DNA from: an uncultured Pseudomonadales bacterium | GTDB taxonomy: Bacteria; Pseudomonadota; Gammaproteobacteria; Pseudomonadales; JAUIET01 | Direction: 5' to 3' | NCBI GenBank assembly: GCA_964544755.1 | Contig: CAZJDL010000001.1 | Span: 5,512 to 69,511, forward strand | DNA: 64,000 nt | Part shown: positions 1-10,794 of the stretch, one piece after another | How the letters are laid out: the number at the start of each line of letters is the position of its first letter | How positions within the stretch are numbered: position 1 is the stretch's first letter | Program-made: the position numbers and the translations under genes | Notes under the pieces: generated by a model | The model's database searches: none | Told to the model about the DNA's origin: nothing | Seen by the model: the letters and a program-made list of their open reading frames with translations, nothing else

Positions 1-120
1 CACATGAAAATAACGCGCCAGGTCTGCCTCCCAGGGTTGGAATACCGAGCGGTCGAAGCCCCAGCCATGCAACAGCAGCAGCGGCGGCTTGACCTGCATC
101 GCGGCCGCGCCGGCTAACAT
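1..120 (-). CDS. bioH: pimeloyl-ACP methyl ester esterase BioH, N-terminal fragment (runs off the window)
   Basis: The minus-strand ATG at 118-120 translates to MLAGAAAMQVKPPLLLLHGWGFDRSVF, which carries the alpha/beta-hydrolase HGWG motif. It starts 2 nt after the bioF stop, in the usual bioB-bioF-bioH order. Confidence 0.6.
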   Translation of the reverse strand, partial: MLAGAAAMQVKPPLLLLHGWGFDRSVFQPWEADLARYFHV

Positions 121-122
121 AT

Positions 123-1283
123 TCATCGCGATAGATTCGCCAGCGCGTTTAACAGCCGGTCCAGCTGCTGCTCACTGTGCGCGGCGCTCAAGGTGATGCG
201 CAGCCGCGACTGGCCGCGTGCGACCGTGGGTGGCCGAATCGCCGTCACCAGCACGCCGGCCCGCATTAGCGCAGCGCTGAGCTCCATAGCCTTGCTGGCC
301 GAGCCAACCAGTAACGGTTGGATGGCGCTGGTCGAAGGCATCAGGGCAAGCCCCATGTCTTCGGCGCCGCGCTTGAACGCGGCAATCAATCGCTGCAAGT
401 GTTCACTGCGCCAGGCTTCGCGCTGCAACACTTGCAGACTCACCCGTGTGGCGGCGGCAATGGCGGGCGGCAACGCGGTGGTGTAAATATACGTTCGCCC
501 GCATTGAATCAGCGTTTCAATTAAAGCTTCACTGCCGGCGACAAATGCGCCCGCCGTGCCTATCGCCTTGCCGAGTGTCGCCATGTAGATGGGCACGTCA
601 TCTTGATTCAGCCCTGCGGCGGCCACGCTGCCACTGCCGTTTGGCCCCACGCAGCCAAACCCGTGCGCGTCGTCTACCATCAACCAGGCATGGTGCTGCC
701 GTGCGCAGGCGGCGAGTTCGGCGAGCCGGGCGCCGTCACCGTCCATGCTAAATACTGCATCGGTCGCGATCAATTTGCGCTCGCCAGCGCTGCGCTTTAG
801 TTTGCGCGTCAAGTTATCAATATCATTATGCAAGAAGCGCTGAAAGCGCGCGCCGCTGAGTAGTCCGGCATCGAGCAAGGAAGCGTGATTGAGCTTGTCT
901 TGAAACACCGCATCGGCCTTGCTCAGCAGGCTGGTGATCACTGCCAGATTCGCCATATAACCGGTAGAAAACAACAAGGCCCGCGGCCGACCAGTGCATT
1001 CAGCCAGCGCCTGTTCCAGCTCGTGATGCTCGCGATGATGGCCGCAGACCAAATGTGACGCGCCGCTGCCAACGCCGTAGCGCTGCGCGGCCGTGGCAAA
1101 AGCGGCGGCGACATCGGGGTGATTGGCCAGGCCAAGATAATCGTTGCTGCAGAAATTAACATACCGCTTGCCGTCGGCCACAACCTCGGCGCCCGGCGGG
1201 CTTTCCACGGTAAGGCGCCGGCGATACAAGCTTGCGTCGCGGCGTTGCTGCAGGGCCGGCTTTAGTGAATCATCGAGACGCAT
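123..1283 (-). CDS. bioF: 8-amino-7-oxononanoate synthase
   Basis: 386-aa ORF of the PLP-dependent alpha-oxoamine synthase type, with SMDGD and the TLGKAIG PLP-lysine motif. It is adjacent to bioB. Confidence 0.9.
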   Translation of the reverse strand: MRLDDSLKPALQQRRDASLYRRRLTVESPPGAEVVADGKRYVNFCSNDYLGLANHPDVAAAFATAAQRYGVGSGASHLVCGHHREHHELEQALAECTGRPRALLFSTGYMANLAVITSLLSKADAVFQDKLNHASLLDAGLLSGARFQRFLHNDIDNLTRKLKRSAGERKLIATDAVFSMDGDGARLAELAACARQHHAWLMVDDAHGFGCVGPNGSGSVAAAGLNQDDVPIYMATLGKAIGTAGAFVAGSEALIETLIQCGRTYIYTTALPPAIAAATRVSLQVLQREAWRSEHLQRLIAAFKRGAEDMGLALMPSTSAIQPLLVGSASKAMELSAALMRAGVLVTAIRPPTVARGQSRLRITLSAAHSEQQLDRLLNALANLSR

Positions 1284-1303
1284 CAGCGCGATCAGGTGGC
1301 GCG

Positions 1304-2368
1304 CTACGCGGCATCGTAAAATCTTGCATCCGGACGCGGGGCAGGCATGGCTGCCGAGTCAAGGTTGGCGTTGCCGATGTTGTCGGCGCTAATATCGTCG
1401 ATTACGCGCTCTTCAGGGTGCAGACCCAGGCGCTGAAACAAGAGCAAATCAGCATTGGTTTCCGGGTTGGCGGTGGTCAGCAGCCGGTCGCCGTAGAAGA
1501 TGGAATTCGCACCGGCCAAAAAGGCCAGCGCCTGCATTTCATCGTTCATTTCCTCGCGACCGGCCGACAGGCGTACATGCGATCGCGGCATCAAGATACG
1601 CGCGACTGCCAGTGTGCGAATAAAGTCGAAGTTGTCGACGTCACTTTCGTCGGCCAACGGTGTGCCTTCAACCCGCACCAGGCGGTTAATCGGCACGCTG
1701 TCCGGGTGCTGCGCCATCGTCGCGAATTGCAGCAGCAGGCCGATGCGGTCGCGCAGGTTTTCACCCATGCCGAGAATACCGCCACTACAGACCTTCATGC
1801 CCGCCGCGCGTACGGCGTCCAGTGTGTCGAGCCGAGCTTGATAGCTACGGGTGGTGACTATTGAGTCGTAAAATTCGGGCGAGGTATCCAGGTTATGGTT
1901 GTAATAGTCAAGCCCTGCCGCCGCCAGCGACTGCGCTTGCTCGGCACTGAGCATGCCCAGTGTCATGCACGTTTCCAGGCCCAGTTGCTTGACGCCTTGC
2001 ACCATCGCCTCTACGTAAGGCATATCCCTGTTTTTCGGCGACCGCCAGGCGGCGCCCATACAGAAGCGCGTGGCGCCGCTGGCCTTGGCCGCACGTGCCT
2101 CGGCGAGCACTTTTTCGACTTCCATTAACTTTTCGACTTCAAGGCCGGTATCGTAGCGCGTGCTTTGCGGGCAGTATTTACAGTCTTCCGGGCACGCACC
2201 GGTTTTGATCGACAACAACGTACTGATTTGCACGCTATTGGGGTCGAAGAACTGCCGGTGCACGGTCTGCGCCTGAAACAATAAGTCGTTAAATGGCTGG
2301 TTGAACAGCGCCTTGACTTCGGCAAAGGTCCAGTCGTGGCGAATTGCTGGCTGAGTACTGACGTTCAT
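1304..2368 (-). CDS. bioB: biotin synthase
   Basis: Radical-SAM [11 protein letters not shown] motif and full-length BioB-like sequence. I trimmed the start to the internal ATG ([13 protein letters not shown]) because the upstream 29 codons look non-coding. Confidence 0.92.
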   Translation of the reverse strand: MNVSTQPAIRHDWTFAEVKALFNQPFNDLLFQAQTVHRQFFDPNSVQISTLLSIKTGACPEDCKYCPQSTRYDTGLEVEKLMEVEKVLAEARAAKASGATRFCMGAAWRSPKNRDMPYVEAMVQGVKQLGLETCMTLGMLSAEQAQSLAAAGLDYYNHNLDTSPEFYDSIVTTRSYQARLDTLDAVRAAGMKVCSGGILGMGENLRDRIGLLLQFATMAQHPDSVPINRLVRVEGTPLADESDVDNFDFIRTLAVARILMPRSHVRLSAGREEMNDEMQALAFLAGANSIFYGDRLLTTANPETNADLLLFQRLGLHPEERVIDDISADNIGNANLDSAAMPAPRPDARFYDAA

Positions 2369-2464
2369 GGGTATCTCGCGGCTTTTAAATGGGGGCAGCT
2401 CATGGCATGCTGCGGCGACAATAATAGCCCGGCAGCATGCGCTGTCAACCTGCAAGGATGCAAA

Positions 2465-3187
2465 ATGGTTTACAACGTCCTGAACGCGCTGGGGCGCAGC
2501 CTGTTTCCACCGTACTGCTTGCTCTGCCTGAGCAGCCAGGCGGTCGATGATGATTACGTGTGCAACGGTTGCGCGCGCGATTTACCCTGGCTGCGCCACT
2601 GTTGCGAAATCTGCAGCCTGCCGTTGCCGGACTCGGCTAGCGCTGGCCGTTGCGGGCGCTGCCTGCAACAGTTACCCGCTTTCGACCGCTGTGTTGGCGC
2701 TTTTTACTATGCCGACCCGATCGCGCGGCTAATCAGCGATTACAAATACCACGCCAAGCTCACTTACGGACGCGTACTCGGTTTACAGCTGGCGGCGCGT
2801 ATTGCCGATCAATACGCCCGGCAAGCCTTACCTGCGGTGGTTCTGCCAGTGCCGCTGCATCGCTCGCGGCTGCGGGCACGCGGTTTTAACCAAAGTCTGG
2901 AGCTGGGAAAAACCGTAGCGCGGCAGTTGCGGCTGCCGTTGGCCAACCATCATCTGGTCCGTTGTCGGGCGACATCCAGCCAGAAAGATTTACAGCTGAA
3001 CGACCGGCAACGCAATGTGGGCGGCGCTTTTGCCGTGCGTGCGAAGCAGCCACTGCCGCACAGCGTGGCGCTGTTGGATGATGTTGTTACTACTGGCGCC
3101 ACAGCCGCCGAACTGGCGCGTGTGCTAAAAAATAGCGGGGTGGCGCAGGTGCATGTTTGGTGCGTGGCGCGCACTGAACGCGGATAG
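2465..3187 (+). CDS. comF: ComF-family amidophosphoribosyltransferase-like protein
   Basis: N-terminal CxxC...CxxC zinc-finger cysteines and a C-terminal PRTase motif ([14 protein letters not shown]). The start is set at MVYNVLNAL. It is divergent from bioB, as in many gammaproteobacteria. Confidence 0.8.
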   Translation: MVYNVLNALGRSLFPPYCLLCLSSQAVDDDYVCNGCARDLPWLRHCCEICSLPLPDSASAGRCGRCLQQLPAFDRCVGAFYYADPIARLISDYKYHAKLTYGRVLGLQLAARIADQYARQALPAVVLPVPLHRSRLRARGFNQSLELGKTVARQLRLPLANHHLVRCRATSSQKDLQLNDRQRNVGGAFAVRAKQPLPHSVALLDDVVTTGATAAELARVLKNSGVAQVHVWCVARTERG

Positions 3188-3237
3188 GAGGATAGTGCTA
3201 AGCTTGCCGATTTACACTGTAGTGGCATCGAACGAGC

Positions 3238-4026
3238 ATGCAGACAATGAGAAAAACGCTATGGGCGACCGTTGCCGGACTTGGACTGATCGTCAGCGCC
3301 GTGTGCACCGCCGATGTCTTACTCGTTGCCGTAGCAAGCAATTTCAAACCCACCGCGCGACTGTTAGCCGATCAATTCCAAACCAACAACGCTATCGACG
3401 TGCAACTCAGCTCTGCTTCGACCGGAGTACTGTTCGCCCAGATTCGCCAGGGTGCGCCGTTCGATGTTTTTCTGGCAGCCGACAGCCGCCATGTGCAAGC
3501 ATTACAGGAAGCAGGACTCATACAGGCTGACACCTTAATGACCTACGCGGTGGGGCAACTGGTGTTGGTGAGCGATAACACAACCACGATAGACAACGAT
3601 CTTGTGCGTACCCTGCAAAACCTGCGCACTAGCAGGCAGCGCATCGCTATCGCCAACCCGTCGACCGCACCTTACGGTCACGCGGCGCGCGAGACGCTAA
3701 AGACACTGGGGTTATGGCAAGACAAGGACAAGCGCTTGATTCGCGCCAATAACGTCGCTCAAAGCCTGCAATATGTTGCGGCGCGAACCGTTAGCGCCGC
3801 TTTTGCGGCCAAGTCGTTACTGCAGCAGTCGAGTTTACCCGACGACCTGGCCATCATCACGGTGCCAGCGAATTTGCATACCCCCATCACACAACAAGCC
3901 GCGGTGCTGCGTCAGTCTGCGCATACCGAACAGGCCAAAGCGTTTATACAATTTTTGCAAACCGACACGGCCCGCACGCTGATTAGCGAAAACGGTTATG
4001 CGCTGCCCGACCGAGCGCTTGAATGA
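3238..4026 (+). CDS. modA: molybdate ABC transporter periplasmic binding protein
   Basis: Signal peptide plus a ModA-like sequence, with its end overlapping the start of modB. Confidence 0.85.
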   Translation: MQTMRKTLWATVAGLGLIVSAVCTADVLLVAVASNFKPTARLLADQFQTNNAIDVQLSSASTGVLFAQIRQGAPFDVFLAADSRHVQALQEAGLIQADTLMTYAVGQLVLVSDNTTTIDNDLVRTLQNLRTSRQRIAIANPSTAPYGHAARETLKTLGLWQDKDKRLIRANNVAQSLQYVAARTVSAAFAAKSLLQQSSLPDDLAIITVPANLHTPITQQAAVLRQSAHTEQAKAFIQFLQTDTARTLISENGYALPDRALE

Positions 4027-4697
4027 CCCCCTCTGATATCAGCGCTATCTGGATCACGTTGAAGCTGGCCTTTATCAGCAGCTTGATCCTGCTGCTTATT
4101 GGCACACCCATCGCCTGGCGCTTGAGCCAATCGCGCTGGCGACTCAAACCCCTCGTTGAAGCGGTCGTGGCGTTGCCGCTGATTCTGCCGCCAACGGTGC
4201 TCGGTTTTTATTTATTGCTCGCATTCGCGCCGGACAGCCCACTCGGGGCAAGCTGGCAACAAATAACCGGCACCAGCCTGGCTTTCAGCTTTAGCGGACT
4301 GGTGATTGGCTCGGTGATTTACTCCCTGCCTTTTGTTGTGCAGCCCTTGCAGGCGGCCTTCGAACAGTTGCCACGCGACCTGCTGGAAGCCGCCGCGACC
4401 ATGGGCGCCACACCGCTGGACCGGTTTGCAACAATCGTGATGCCTATCACCCGACGCAGTTTTATCACCGCTGCCAGCCTTGCCTTCGCGCATACGATAG
4501 GCGAATTTGGCGTCGTATTGATGATAGGCGGCAACATTCCCGGCGTAACCCAGGTCGTGTCGATTGCCTTGTACGATCACGTAGAAACCATGCACTACGC
4601 GCAAGCACATTTACTGGCTGCCGGCTTGCTGCTATTTTCGTTGCTGTTGCTGACCGCGGTTTATTGGGGCAATCGCGGGCCGAGACTGATGCAATGA
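4023..4697 (+). CDS. modB: molybdate ABC transporter permease
   Basis: Multi-TM permease with an EAA loop (EAAATMGATPLDRF). It overlaps both the modA stop and the modC start (ATGA). Confidence 0.88.
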   Translation: MTPSDISAIWITLKLAFISSLILLLIGTPIAWRLSQSRWRLKPLVEAVVALPLILPPTVLGFYLLLAFAPDSPLGASWQQITGTSLAFSFSGLVIGSVIYSLPFVVQPLQAAFEQLPRDLLEAAATMGATPLDRFATIVMPITRRSFITAASLAFAHTIGEFGVVLMIGGNIPGVTQVVSIALYDHVETMHYAQAHLLAAGLLLFSLLLLTAVYWGNRGPRLMQ

Positions 4698-5815
4698 AGC
4701 TGCGCGCAAATATTAAACTGAAACGCGCTCAAGCCACCAGCCACTTCGAGCTGGCCGCTCAGTTTGAGCTGGACGAAAAAGGCATTACGGCACTGTACGG
4801 TCAGTCGGGGGCAGGAAAAACCAGCATTCTACGTTGTATTGCCGGGCTGGAGCGGCAAGGCACTTGCGCCATCAGCTACGGCGACTGCACCTGGCAAGCG
4901 CCGGACAACCGCCTCTTCGCGCCACCCGAACAGCGCAAAATCGCCTACGTGTTCCAGGAGAACCGCTTATTCCCGCATCTCACCGTGCAGGATAATTTAC
5001 GCTACGCATTTCAACGGCGCTTCGCCAGCCACGGCCCGAGTATAGACGACGCCGTCGAATGGTTTGGGCTGGTGGCTCTGCTCGCGCACTACCCGGCGCA
5101 ACTCTCCGGTGGCGAGGCGCGCCGGGTTGCGCTCTCGCGCGCGGCCTTATCGGCACCGCGATTGATGTTATTGGACGAGCCACTCAGCGGCGTCGATCTC
5201 GCCGGCAAAGCGGGCCTGCTGCTGGCGATTCGCCATTTACAGCAACAGCTGGCCTGCCCGATGCTGTATATTAGTCACCATATTGATGAGGTCAGTCAGG
5301 TTGCGGACTATTTAATGCTGTTAGACGCTGGCAAGATTGTTAGCCAGGGATCACTTATTGAGCTGTGTTCGCGCATCGACGCCAGCCTTGCGCATGAGCA
5401 GGACGCGGCTGCAATATTACAGTGCCGCGTCGTGCGGCGCGACACCGACTTTGCGCTAACGGAATTATCGTGCGGCGCGGAGCAACGACTCTTTCTCAGC
5501 GACAGCGAGCTACAAACAGATCAGCTTGTGCGCGTTCGAGTGCCCGCACGCGATGTAAGCATTGCGCTTAGCAAGCCCGCCGACAGCAGCATCCTGAATA
5601 TTTTGCACGCGCACATTGATGCGCTGGAAAATTCGCACAGCAGCAAAGTACTGCTGCGTCTGAAAATCGGCAAGCAGTATTTGCTGGCGCGCATTACCCG
5701 CAAATCGGCACAGCAACTGCAACTGCGCACAGGGCTTGGCGTGTACGCCCAGATAAAAAGCGTGGCGCTGCTTAATCAGGCGCTGGCCATCGATACACGA
5801 GCAAGCCATGAGTGA
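4694..5815 (+). CDS. modC: molybdate ABC transporter ATP-binding protein
   Basis: Walker A (GQSGAGKTS), ABC signature (LSGGEARR), a Walker B (LLDEP) and a C-terminal Mop/TOBE-like tail. The start is set at the ATG overlapping the modB stop. Confidence 0.88.
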   Translation: MKLRANIKLKRAQATSHFELAAQFELDEKGITALYGQSGAGKTSILRCIAGLERQGTCAISYGDCTWQAPDNRLFAPPEQRKIAYVFQENRLFPHLTVQDNLRYAFQRRFASHGPSIDDAVEWFGLVALLAHYPAQLSGGEARRVALSRAALSAPRLMLLDEPLSGVDLAGKAGLLLAIRHLQQQLACPMLYISHHIDEVSQVADYLMLLDAGKIVSQGSLIELCSRIDASLAHEQDAAAILQCRVVRRDTDFALTELSCGAEQRLFLSDSELQTDQLVRVRVPARDVSIALSKPADSSILNILHAHIDALENSHSSKVLLRLKIGKQYLLARITRKSAQQLQLRTGLGVYAQIKSVALLNQALAIDTRASHE

Positions 5816-6788
5816 ACTCTCCGCCGAGCATCCGTTCGATAAACTCACCCCCGAATTCATTCTGGATGCGGTTGAAAGTGTGGGTCTGGTCAGCGACGCC
5901 CGCGTGCTTACCCTCAACAGTTACGAAAATCGTGTCTACCAGGTGGGTATCGACGGCGGCGAACCCGTTATCGCCAAATTCTATCGCCCCAAACGTTGGA
6001 GTCGTGAGCAGATTCTGGAGGAACACCAGTTTGTTGCCGAGTTGCAGGAGGCTGAAATCGACGTGGTTGGCCCGTTAACGGTTAACGGCGACCAGACATT
6101 GTTTGAGTACGAAGACTTTTACATCACCGTGTTTCCGCGCTGTGGCGGGCGCACCCCCGACCTGGAAGGCGAAGGCGTGCTCGCCGTGATCGGGCGCTTG
6201 CTCGGACGTCTGCACGCACTGGGCAGAACACGAAAATTTTCCCGGCGGCCAGCGATTTCGGTGCAGGCCTACGGTGTCGAGAGCTTTGAATTTCTGCGTG
6301 ATAACTGGGTGCCGGCGGAACTTAAGGCGGCATACGCAAGCCTGGGCAATGACTTGATCGCGTGCATGAACGCGACAATGGATGAACTAAAAGATATCGC
6401 GACAATCAGAACTCATGGCGATTTTCATATCGGCAATATGATCGTTCGCGAGCAGCGCATTTTCATGGTCGACTTCGACGACACGCGCAGTGCGCCGGCG
6501 ATACAGGATATCTGGATGCTGCTGTCGGGTAACGACGACGAGCGCGCGCGGCAACTGGATGTGGTGTTAAGCGCGTATGGGGAGTTTTACGATTTTGACT
6601 GGCGCGAAACGCGCGCGATTGAAGTATTTAGAACGCTGCGGCTATTATATTTCAGCGCCTGGATTGGCCGCCGCTGGAATGACCCGGCGTTCCCGAAAAA
6701 TTTCCCGTGGTTTGACAGCCCGCGCTACTGGTCGGATCAAATTTTAACGCTGCGAGAACAACTCTACTTGCTGCAGCAAAGCGGTTGA
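5808..6788 (+). CDS. srkA: stress-response serine/threonine kinase SrkA (YihE/RdoA family)
   Basis: Aminoglycoside-phosphotransferase-like kinase motifs (HGDFHIGNM, VDFDD) and a YihE-like N-terminus (FDKLTPEFILDAVES). Confidence 0.8.
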   Translation: MSELSAEHPFDKLTPEFILDAVESVGLVSDARVLTLNSYENRVYQVGIDGGEPVIAKFYRPKRWSREQILEEHQFVAELQEAEIDVVGPLTVNGDQTLFEYEDFYITVFPRCGGRTPDLEGEGVLAVIGRLLGRLHALGRTRKFSRRPAISVQAYGVESFEFLRDNWVPAELKAAYASLGNDLIACMNATMDELKDIATIRTHGDFHIGNMIVREQRIFMVDFDDTRSAPAIQDIWMLLSGNDDERARQLDVVLSAYGEFYDFDWRETRAIEVFRTLRLLYFSAWIGRRWNDPAFPKNFPWFDSPRYWSDQILTLREQLYLLQQSG

Positions 6789-6871
6789 TCGAGCGCCGTC
6801 GGTCTGGTGATTTCTCGAAGGTTCGGTACAATTCTAGCCCAATCAAACAATGGTTTAAATAAACGCTAGCA

Positions 6872-8137
6872 ATGCATGCAATAAGATGGCTACTTTATAT
6901 TCTTCTTGCCTTGCTGCTGGTCTTGTTGCTTGGTGCAGCACTCGCTGCCTGGCTGATGCTGCAGAGCCAGCCGCTGGCGCACGCAACCGGCGCAGCACAG
7001 AATGACAGCGCTAACCAGCTCGACTTGATGCAGCTAGGTCGCATCACTCCCGAATCGACGCTGTTACTCGAACTCTCCGAAGCCGAATTAAACCAGTTGG
7101 CGCAGCAACAAATCGCCCAGGTCAGTCCCGCGGTCGAGGCGCGTGTCAGTATTCAAATTACACCGGGCGTCGCACAGGTGGATTTCAGCGGCGCATTGCC
7201 GCTGGCTATTGACAGACGCTATCTGAATGTTCGCAGCCGATACCACGTTGGCGACTCTCCCGCACAAATTAGTCTGACCGATCTACAAGTCGGCAAACTG
7301 CGCATACCCAACGGGTTGCAATCATTGTTACTCCCTTACGCCTTGAGTCACTGCCGCGCAGACAATGACTGCAACGCGGCTTTGACCGCCTATAAAAACG
7401 TGACGCAATTTGAACTCAATGAGGGTGCGTTGCGATTGCAGTACGCGCTTGAACCCGGCGGCCTGAGTGCGGAGGGACAGCAAGACCTGGCCAGCGAAGT
7501 CAGCCGTTTGACGCCGTATTTGCAGGAGCTGGCTGCCATGGCGCTGGAGCGGCAAGGCGAGCGCTTGAGCTTGCATGCGGCCATGCGACACGCGTTTTCG
7601 CTAGCCCAGCGGCAAAGCGTGCGCAGCAACGATGCTGTTGCGGAGAATCGCTCGGCGTTGTTGGCGTTGGCAGCCATGGGCGCCGACCCGCGGGTGCTGG
7701 ACTTACTCAACATGAGCGCGCTGCGCGAACAGACCGAGCAATTCGGCAGTCTCTACCTGCGCGGCCGCAAAGACCTGGCGCAGCACTTCCTCACCTCTGC
7801 CGCGCTGTACCTGCTGGGGGGCAGCGAGCTGAGCGAATACCTGGGAGTTTACAAGGAACTTGACGATGTCGATAAGGGCAAACCGTTCGGGGTGGGCGAT
7901 CTGGTAGCCGATCGCGTCGGCATTCGCCTTGCACAACATGCCACCGAGTCGAAACCTTCAGCGCTGCGCATACAAAGCCAGCTGATTACCGCCGCGTCAG
8001 CAGACGCCTATTTGCTGACAGACGCCACGCTGATGCAGCTGGAAGCCCGCTATCAAGGGGCGAACGGCATCGATGTGCCTGGACTCACCGAGCGCATCGA
8101 CAAATTGCTCGCCGAGCTGCCACTGCTGCAGCAGTAG
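6872..8137 (+). CDS. hypothetical protein with an N-terminal transmembrane anchor
   Basis: 421-aa ORF with a strongly hydrophobic N-terminus (LLYILLALLLVLLLGAALAAWLML). I recognise no catalytic motif. Confidence 0.6.
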   Translation: MHAIRWLLYILLALLLVLLLGAALAAWLMLQSQPLAHATGAAQNDSANQLDLMQLGRITPESTLLLELSEAELNQLAQQQIAQVSPAVEARVSIQITPGVAQVDFSGALPLAIDRRYLNVRSRYHVGDSPAQISLTDLQVGKLRIPNGLQSLLLPYALSHCRADNDCNAALTAYKNVTQFELNEGALRLQYALEPGGLSAEGQQDLASEVSRLTPYLQELAAMALERQGERLSLHAAMRHAFSLAQRQSVRSNDAVAENRSALLALAAMGADPRVLDLLNMSALREQTEQFGSLYLRGRKDLAQHFLTSAALYLLGGSELSEYLGVYKELDDVDKGKPFGVGDLVADRVGIRLAQHATESKPSALRIQSQLITAASADAYLLTDATLMQLEARYQGANGIDVPGLTERIDKLLAELPLLQQ

Positions 8138-8265
8138 CGATTACGCACCGCATTGCACGGCGCCCGCTTCACATTGCAGCCTTTAGATCTACCTTCTATA
8201 CTTCAGTAAGCGCTGCAATAGAGATCTGCAAGCTGTTAATGCTACTTTCGCAATAATTAAATCAA

Positions 8266-10746
8266 ATGAGCCAACCGCAACATATTTTGCTAGCGCACCC
8301 GGATGAGCACAACCTGTATCGCATCAGGCGAGTCTTAAACGAGCGTGGCTTTCTAAACCTGATCGAGTCCGCAGGCGACCAACATACAATCAATGCGCTC
8401 AACGAATATGCATTTGACGCCGTCGTGGTTAACGTCGAACTGGGCATGCTCGATGCCTGGCGCCTGACACGCTTGATTCGCTCGGGCGCACTGAACACCA
8501 AGGCGAACACGCCAGTATTTATTGTATCAGCAACATTTAGCGAGCAGATCGCGCTGGCGACCGCCAAAGAATTTGAGGTCAACGCGTTTATACCCCTTGA
8601 CCAGGCGCACAAATTGCCGCGCCTGATGGAAGACATGTTTAGCCGCGGCGAAATCGAGCCGCCCAAGACCTCTATTCTCATTATCGAAGACTACGCCGAC
8701 ACCGCCAAGCTGGTTGAGCGCGTGCTAAAAAACCGCTTTGTTATTCAGTGCGCCAACGACGGCGAAGCCGGGCTGGAGGCGTGGAAAGAGGGCCGGCACG
8801 ACATTGTGCTGCTTGACCTGATGCTACCGAAGATGTCGGGCGAAGATGTGCTGCGTGAAATTTTGACCATCAAACCTACCCAATCGGTCATTATGATGAC
8901 CGCCTTCGGCAGCCCGGAGAAAGCCGGTAGTCTCATCGTCGGCGGCGCCGTTGATTTTATTGCCAAGCCGTTTCGCGCTGAACAATTGCGCCACGTTTGT
9001 AATATCGCCGCGCACCGGGAAGACTATATTGTCAGCAACCAGCAGTTCGAAGCGCGGCAGAAAGAACTGGCATCCGAAAAGGAACGTGCGCTGGTCACTC
9101 TCAAGTCGATCGGCGACGGTGTCATTACTACTAACGCCAAGGCCAAGGTGGATTATCTGAATCCGGTGGCCGAGCATCTGACCGGCTGGCTAAACGCGGA
9201 AGCCCACGGCAAGCCACTGGGTGAAATCTTCAAGACCTACCATGAATATTCGCGCGTACCGGCCGTCAGCCCGCTGGAGCGATGCCTGAATGAAAAGCGT
9301 TCAATACATTCCAAATCCAATATTCTGCTGCGCAGCCGGCAGGGCCTCGAGTTGGTGATTGAACATTCTGCTTCACCTATTCGCGACAGCAATAATGAGA
9401 TTGTCGGCGCGGTCATGGTGTTTCAAGACAATACAGAAGCGCGCAATCTTGAGAAGCAGCTGACCTATCATGCCAGTCATGACCCATTAACCGGCTTGAA
9501 GAATCGTCAGGTGTTCGACCAGGAAGTTAGCGTGTCATTGAAAGACAGCCATAGCTCACAAGTAGAACATGCGCTGTGCCATATCGACGTTAACGAATTC
9601 AAAATGATTAACGAAAGCCGTGGCCACGGCGCGGGCGACAAGTTACTACAGGAAGTCGCACAAATACTCATCAACAAAGTGCGCGCCCCTAGCGATGCGA
9701 TTGCCCGTTTGAGCGGCCACGAATTTGGTGTGCTGCTACGCTTTTGTCCGATCGATGCCGCCACGCGAATTTGTGAAAACATTTGCAGGGCGTTTGAAGC
9801 GTTTAATTTCAAAACAGGCCGTACTGAATATCAGATCACCGTGTCGATTGGGATTGCACAAGTCAATCAGGACAGCCTCGACTTCCAGGACGTCTTCGCC
9901 GCCTCGCAAGCCGCCTGCTACAAAGCGAAAAATCGCGGCGGCAACCGGGTGCATGTTTTTTCAGCGAACGATGACGAACTCTTGCAGCGGCGTAGCGAAG
10001 TGCAAGTTGCGTCAGAAATTGTGCAAGCAGAACGTGAGAACCGCTTCCAACTCTACTGCCAAAAAATTAAATCCTTGACCGACCCGGACGAAGTCAGTTT
10101 TGAAGTGTTGTTGCGTATGCGGGGCGAGAATAACGAGCTGATTTCGCCAGCACATTTCTTACCCGCCGCCGAACGCTTTAATTTAACCCCACAAATAGAT
10201 CGCTGGGTCGTGCGCAATGCGTTTCAATGGCTGGCAGACAACAAGAGCAAGCTCGATTCGCTGAGCCACTTTGCGATTAACCTGTCGGGCCTGTCGCTGG
10301 GCGACGAGAATTTTTACGATTATATTGCACAACAATTTACCCGCACCGGCGTACCCGCCGATAAGATTTGCTTCGAGATAACCGAAACCGCCGCGGTAAA
10401 GAACTTTAAACTCGCCGGCAGTTTTATCGACGCCATCCGTGAGCTGGGCTGCCGCTTTGCGCTCGACGATTTTGGCACCGGCATGTCGTCCTTTGCATAC
10501 TTGAAAAAACTGAAGGTCGATTTTCTTAAAATCGACGGCATCTTCGTCAAAGACATTCTGCAAGACCCCATCGACCTCGCGATGGTGCGCTCGATCAACG
10601 ATATTGGTCACGTTTCAGGACTTAAAACGATTGCCGAGTTCGTCGAAAACAAGGCGATTGAAGAAAAACTGCGCGAGGTCGGTGTCGACTATGTGCAAGG
10701 CTACGGCATCGACAAACCGAACCCGATTGATGATACACGCTGTTAA
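8266..10746 (+). CDS. response-regulator-type c-di-GMP protein: pseudo-REC, REC, PAS, degenerate GGDEF, EAL
   Basis: Two receiver-like domains. The first has Asn at the phospho-acceptor position (DAVVVNVEL); the second is canonical (DIVLLDLMLP). A PAS domain follows, then a GGDEF domain with SGHEF in place of GGDEF, and an EAL domain (EVLLR, DDFGTG). Confidence 0.85.
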   Translation: MSQPQHILLAHPDEHNLYRIRRVLNERGFLNLIESAGDQHTINALNEYAFDAVVVNVELGMLDAWRLTRLIRSGALNTKANTPVFIVSATFSEQIALATAKEFEVNAFIPLDQAHKLPRLMEDMFSRGEIEPPKTSILIIEDYADTAKLVERVLKNRFVIQCANDGEAGLEAWKEGRHDIVLLDLMLPKMSGEDVLREILTIKPTQSVIMMTAFGSPEKAGSLIVGGAVDFIAKPFRAEQLRHVCNIAAHREDYIVSNQQFEARQKELASEKERALVTLKSIGDGVITTNAKAKVDYLNPVAEHLTGWLNAEAHGKPLGEIFKTYHEYSRVPAVSPLERCLNEKRSIHSKSNILLRSRQGLELVIEHSASPIRDSNNEIVGAVMVFQDNTEARNLEKQLTYHASHDPLTGLKNRQVFDQEVSVSLKDSHSSQVEHALCHIDVNEFKMINESRGHGAGDKLLQEVAQILINKVRAPSDAIARLSGHEFGVLLRFCPIDAATRICENICRAFEAFNFKTGRTEYQITVSIGIAQVNQDSLDFQDVFAASQAACYKAKNRGGNRVHVFSANDDELLQRRSEVQVASEIVQAERENRFQLYCQKIKSLTDPDEVSFEVLLRMRGENNELISPAHFLPAAERFNLTPQIDRWVVRNAFQWLADNKSKLDSLSHFAINLSGLSLGDENFYDYIAQQFTRTGVPADKICFEITETAAVKNFKLAGSFIDAIRELGCRFALDDFGTGMSSFAYLKKLKVDFLKIDGIFVKDILQDPIDLAMVRSINDIGHVSGLKTIAEFVENKAIEEKLREVGVDYVQGYGIDKPNPIDDTRC

Positions 10747-10747
10747 A

Positions 10748-10781
10748 CCTAGTGCACTGTAACGAATAAACTGCACACTAG
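10748..10781. repeat. 34-bp inverted repeat, left copy (CCTAGTGCACTGTAACGAATAAACTGCACACTAG)
   Basis: It is the exact reverse complement of 16690-16723. It starts 1 nt after the TAA of the upstream gene and ends 13 nt before the stop codon of the last gene of the bracketed operon. Confidence 0.95.
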
Positions 10782-10794
10782 AAACCGCGCGCGA

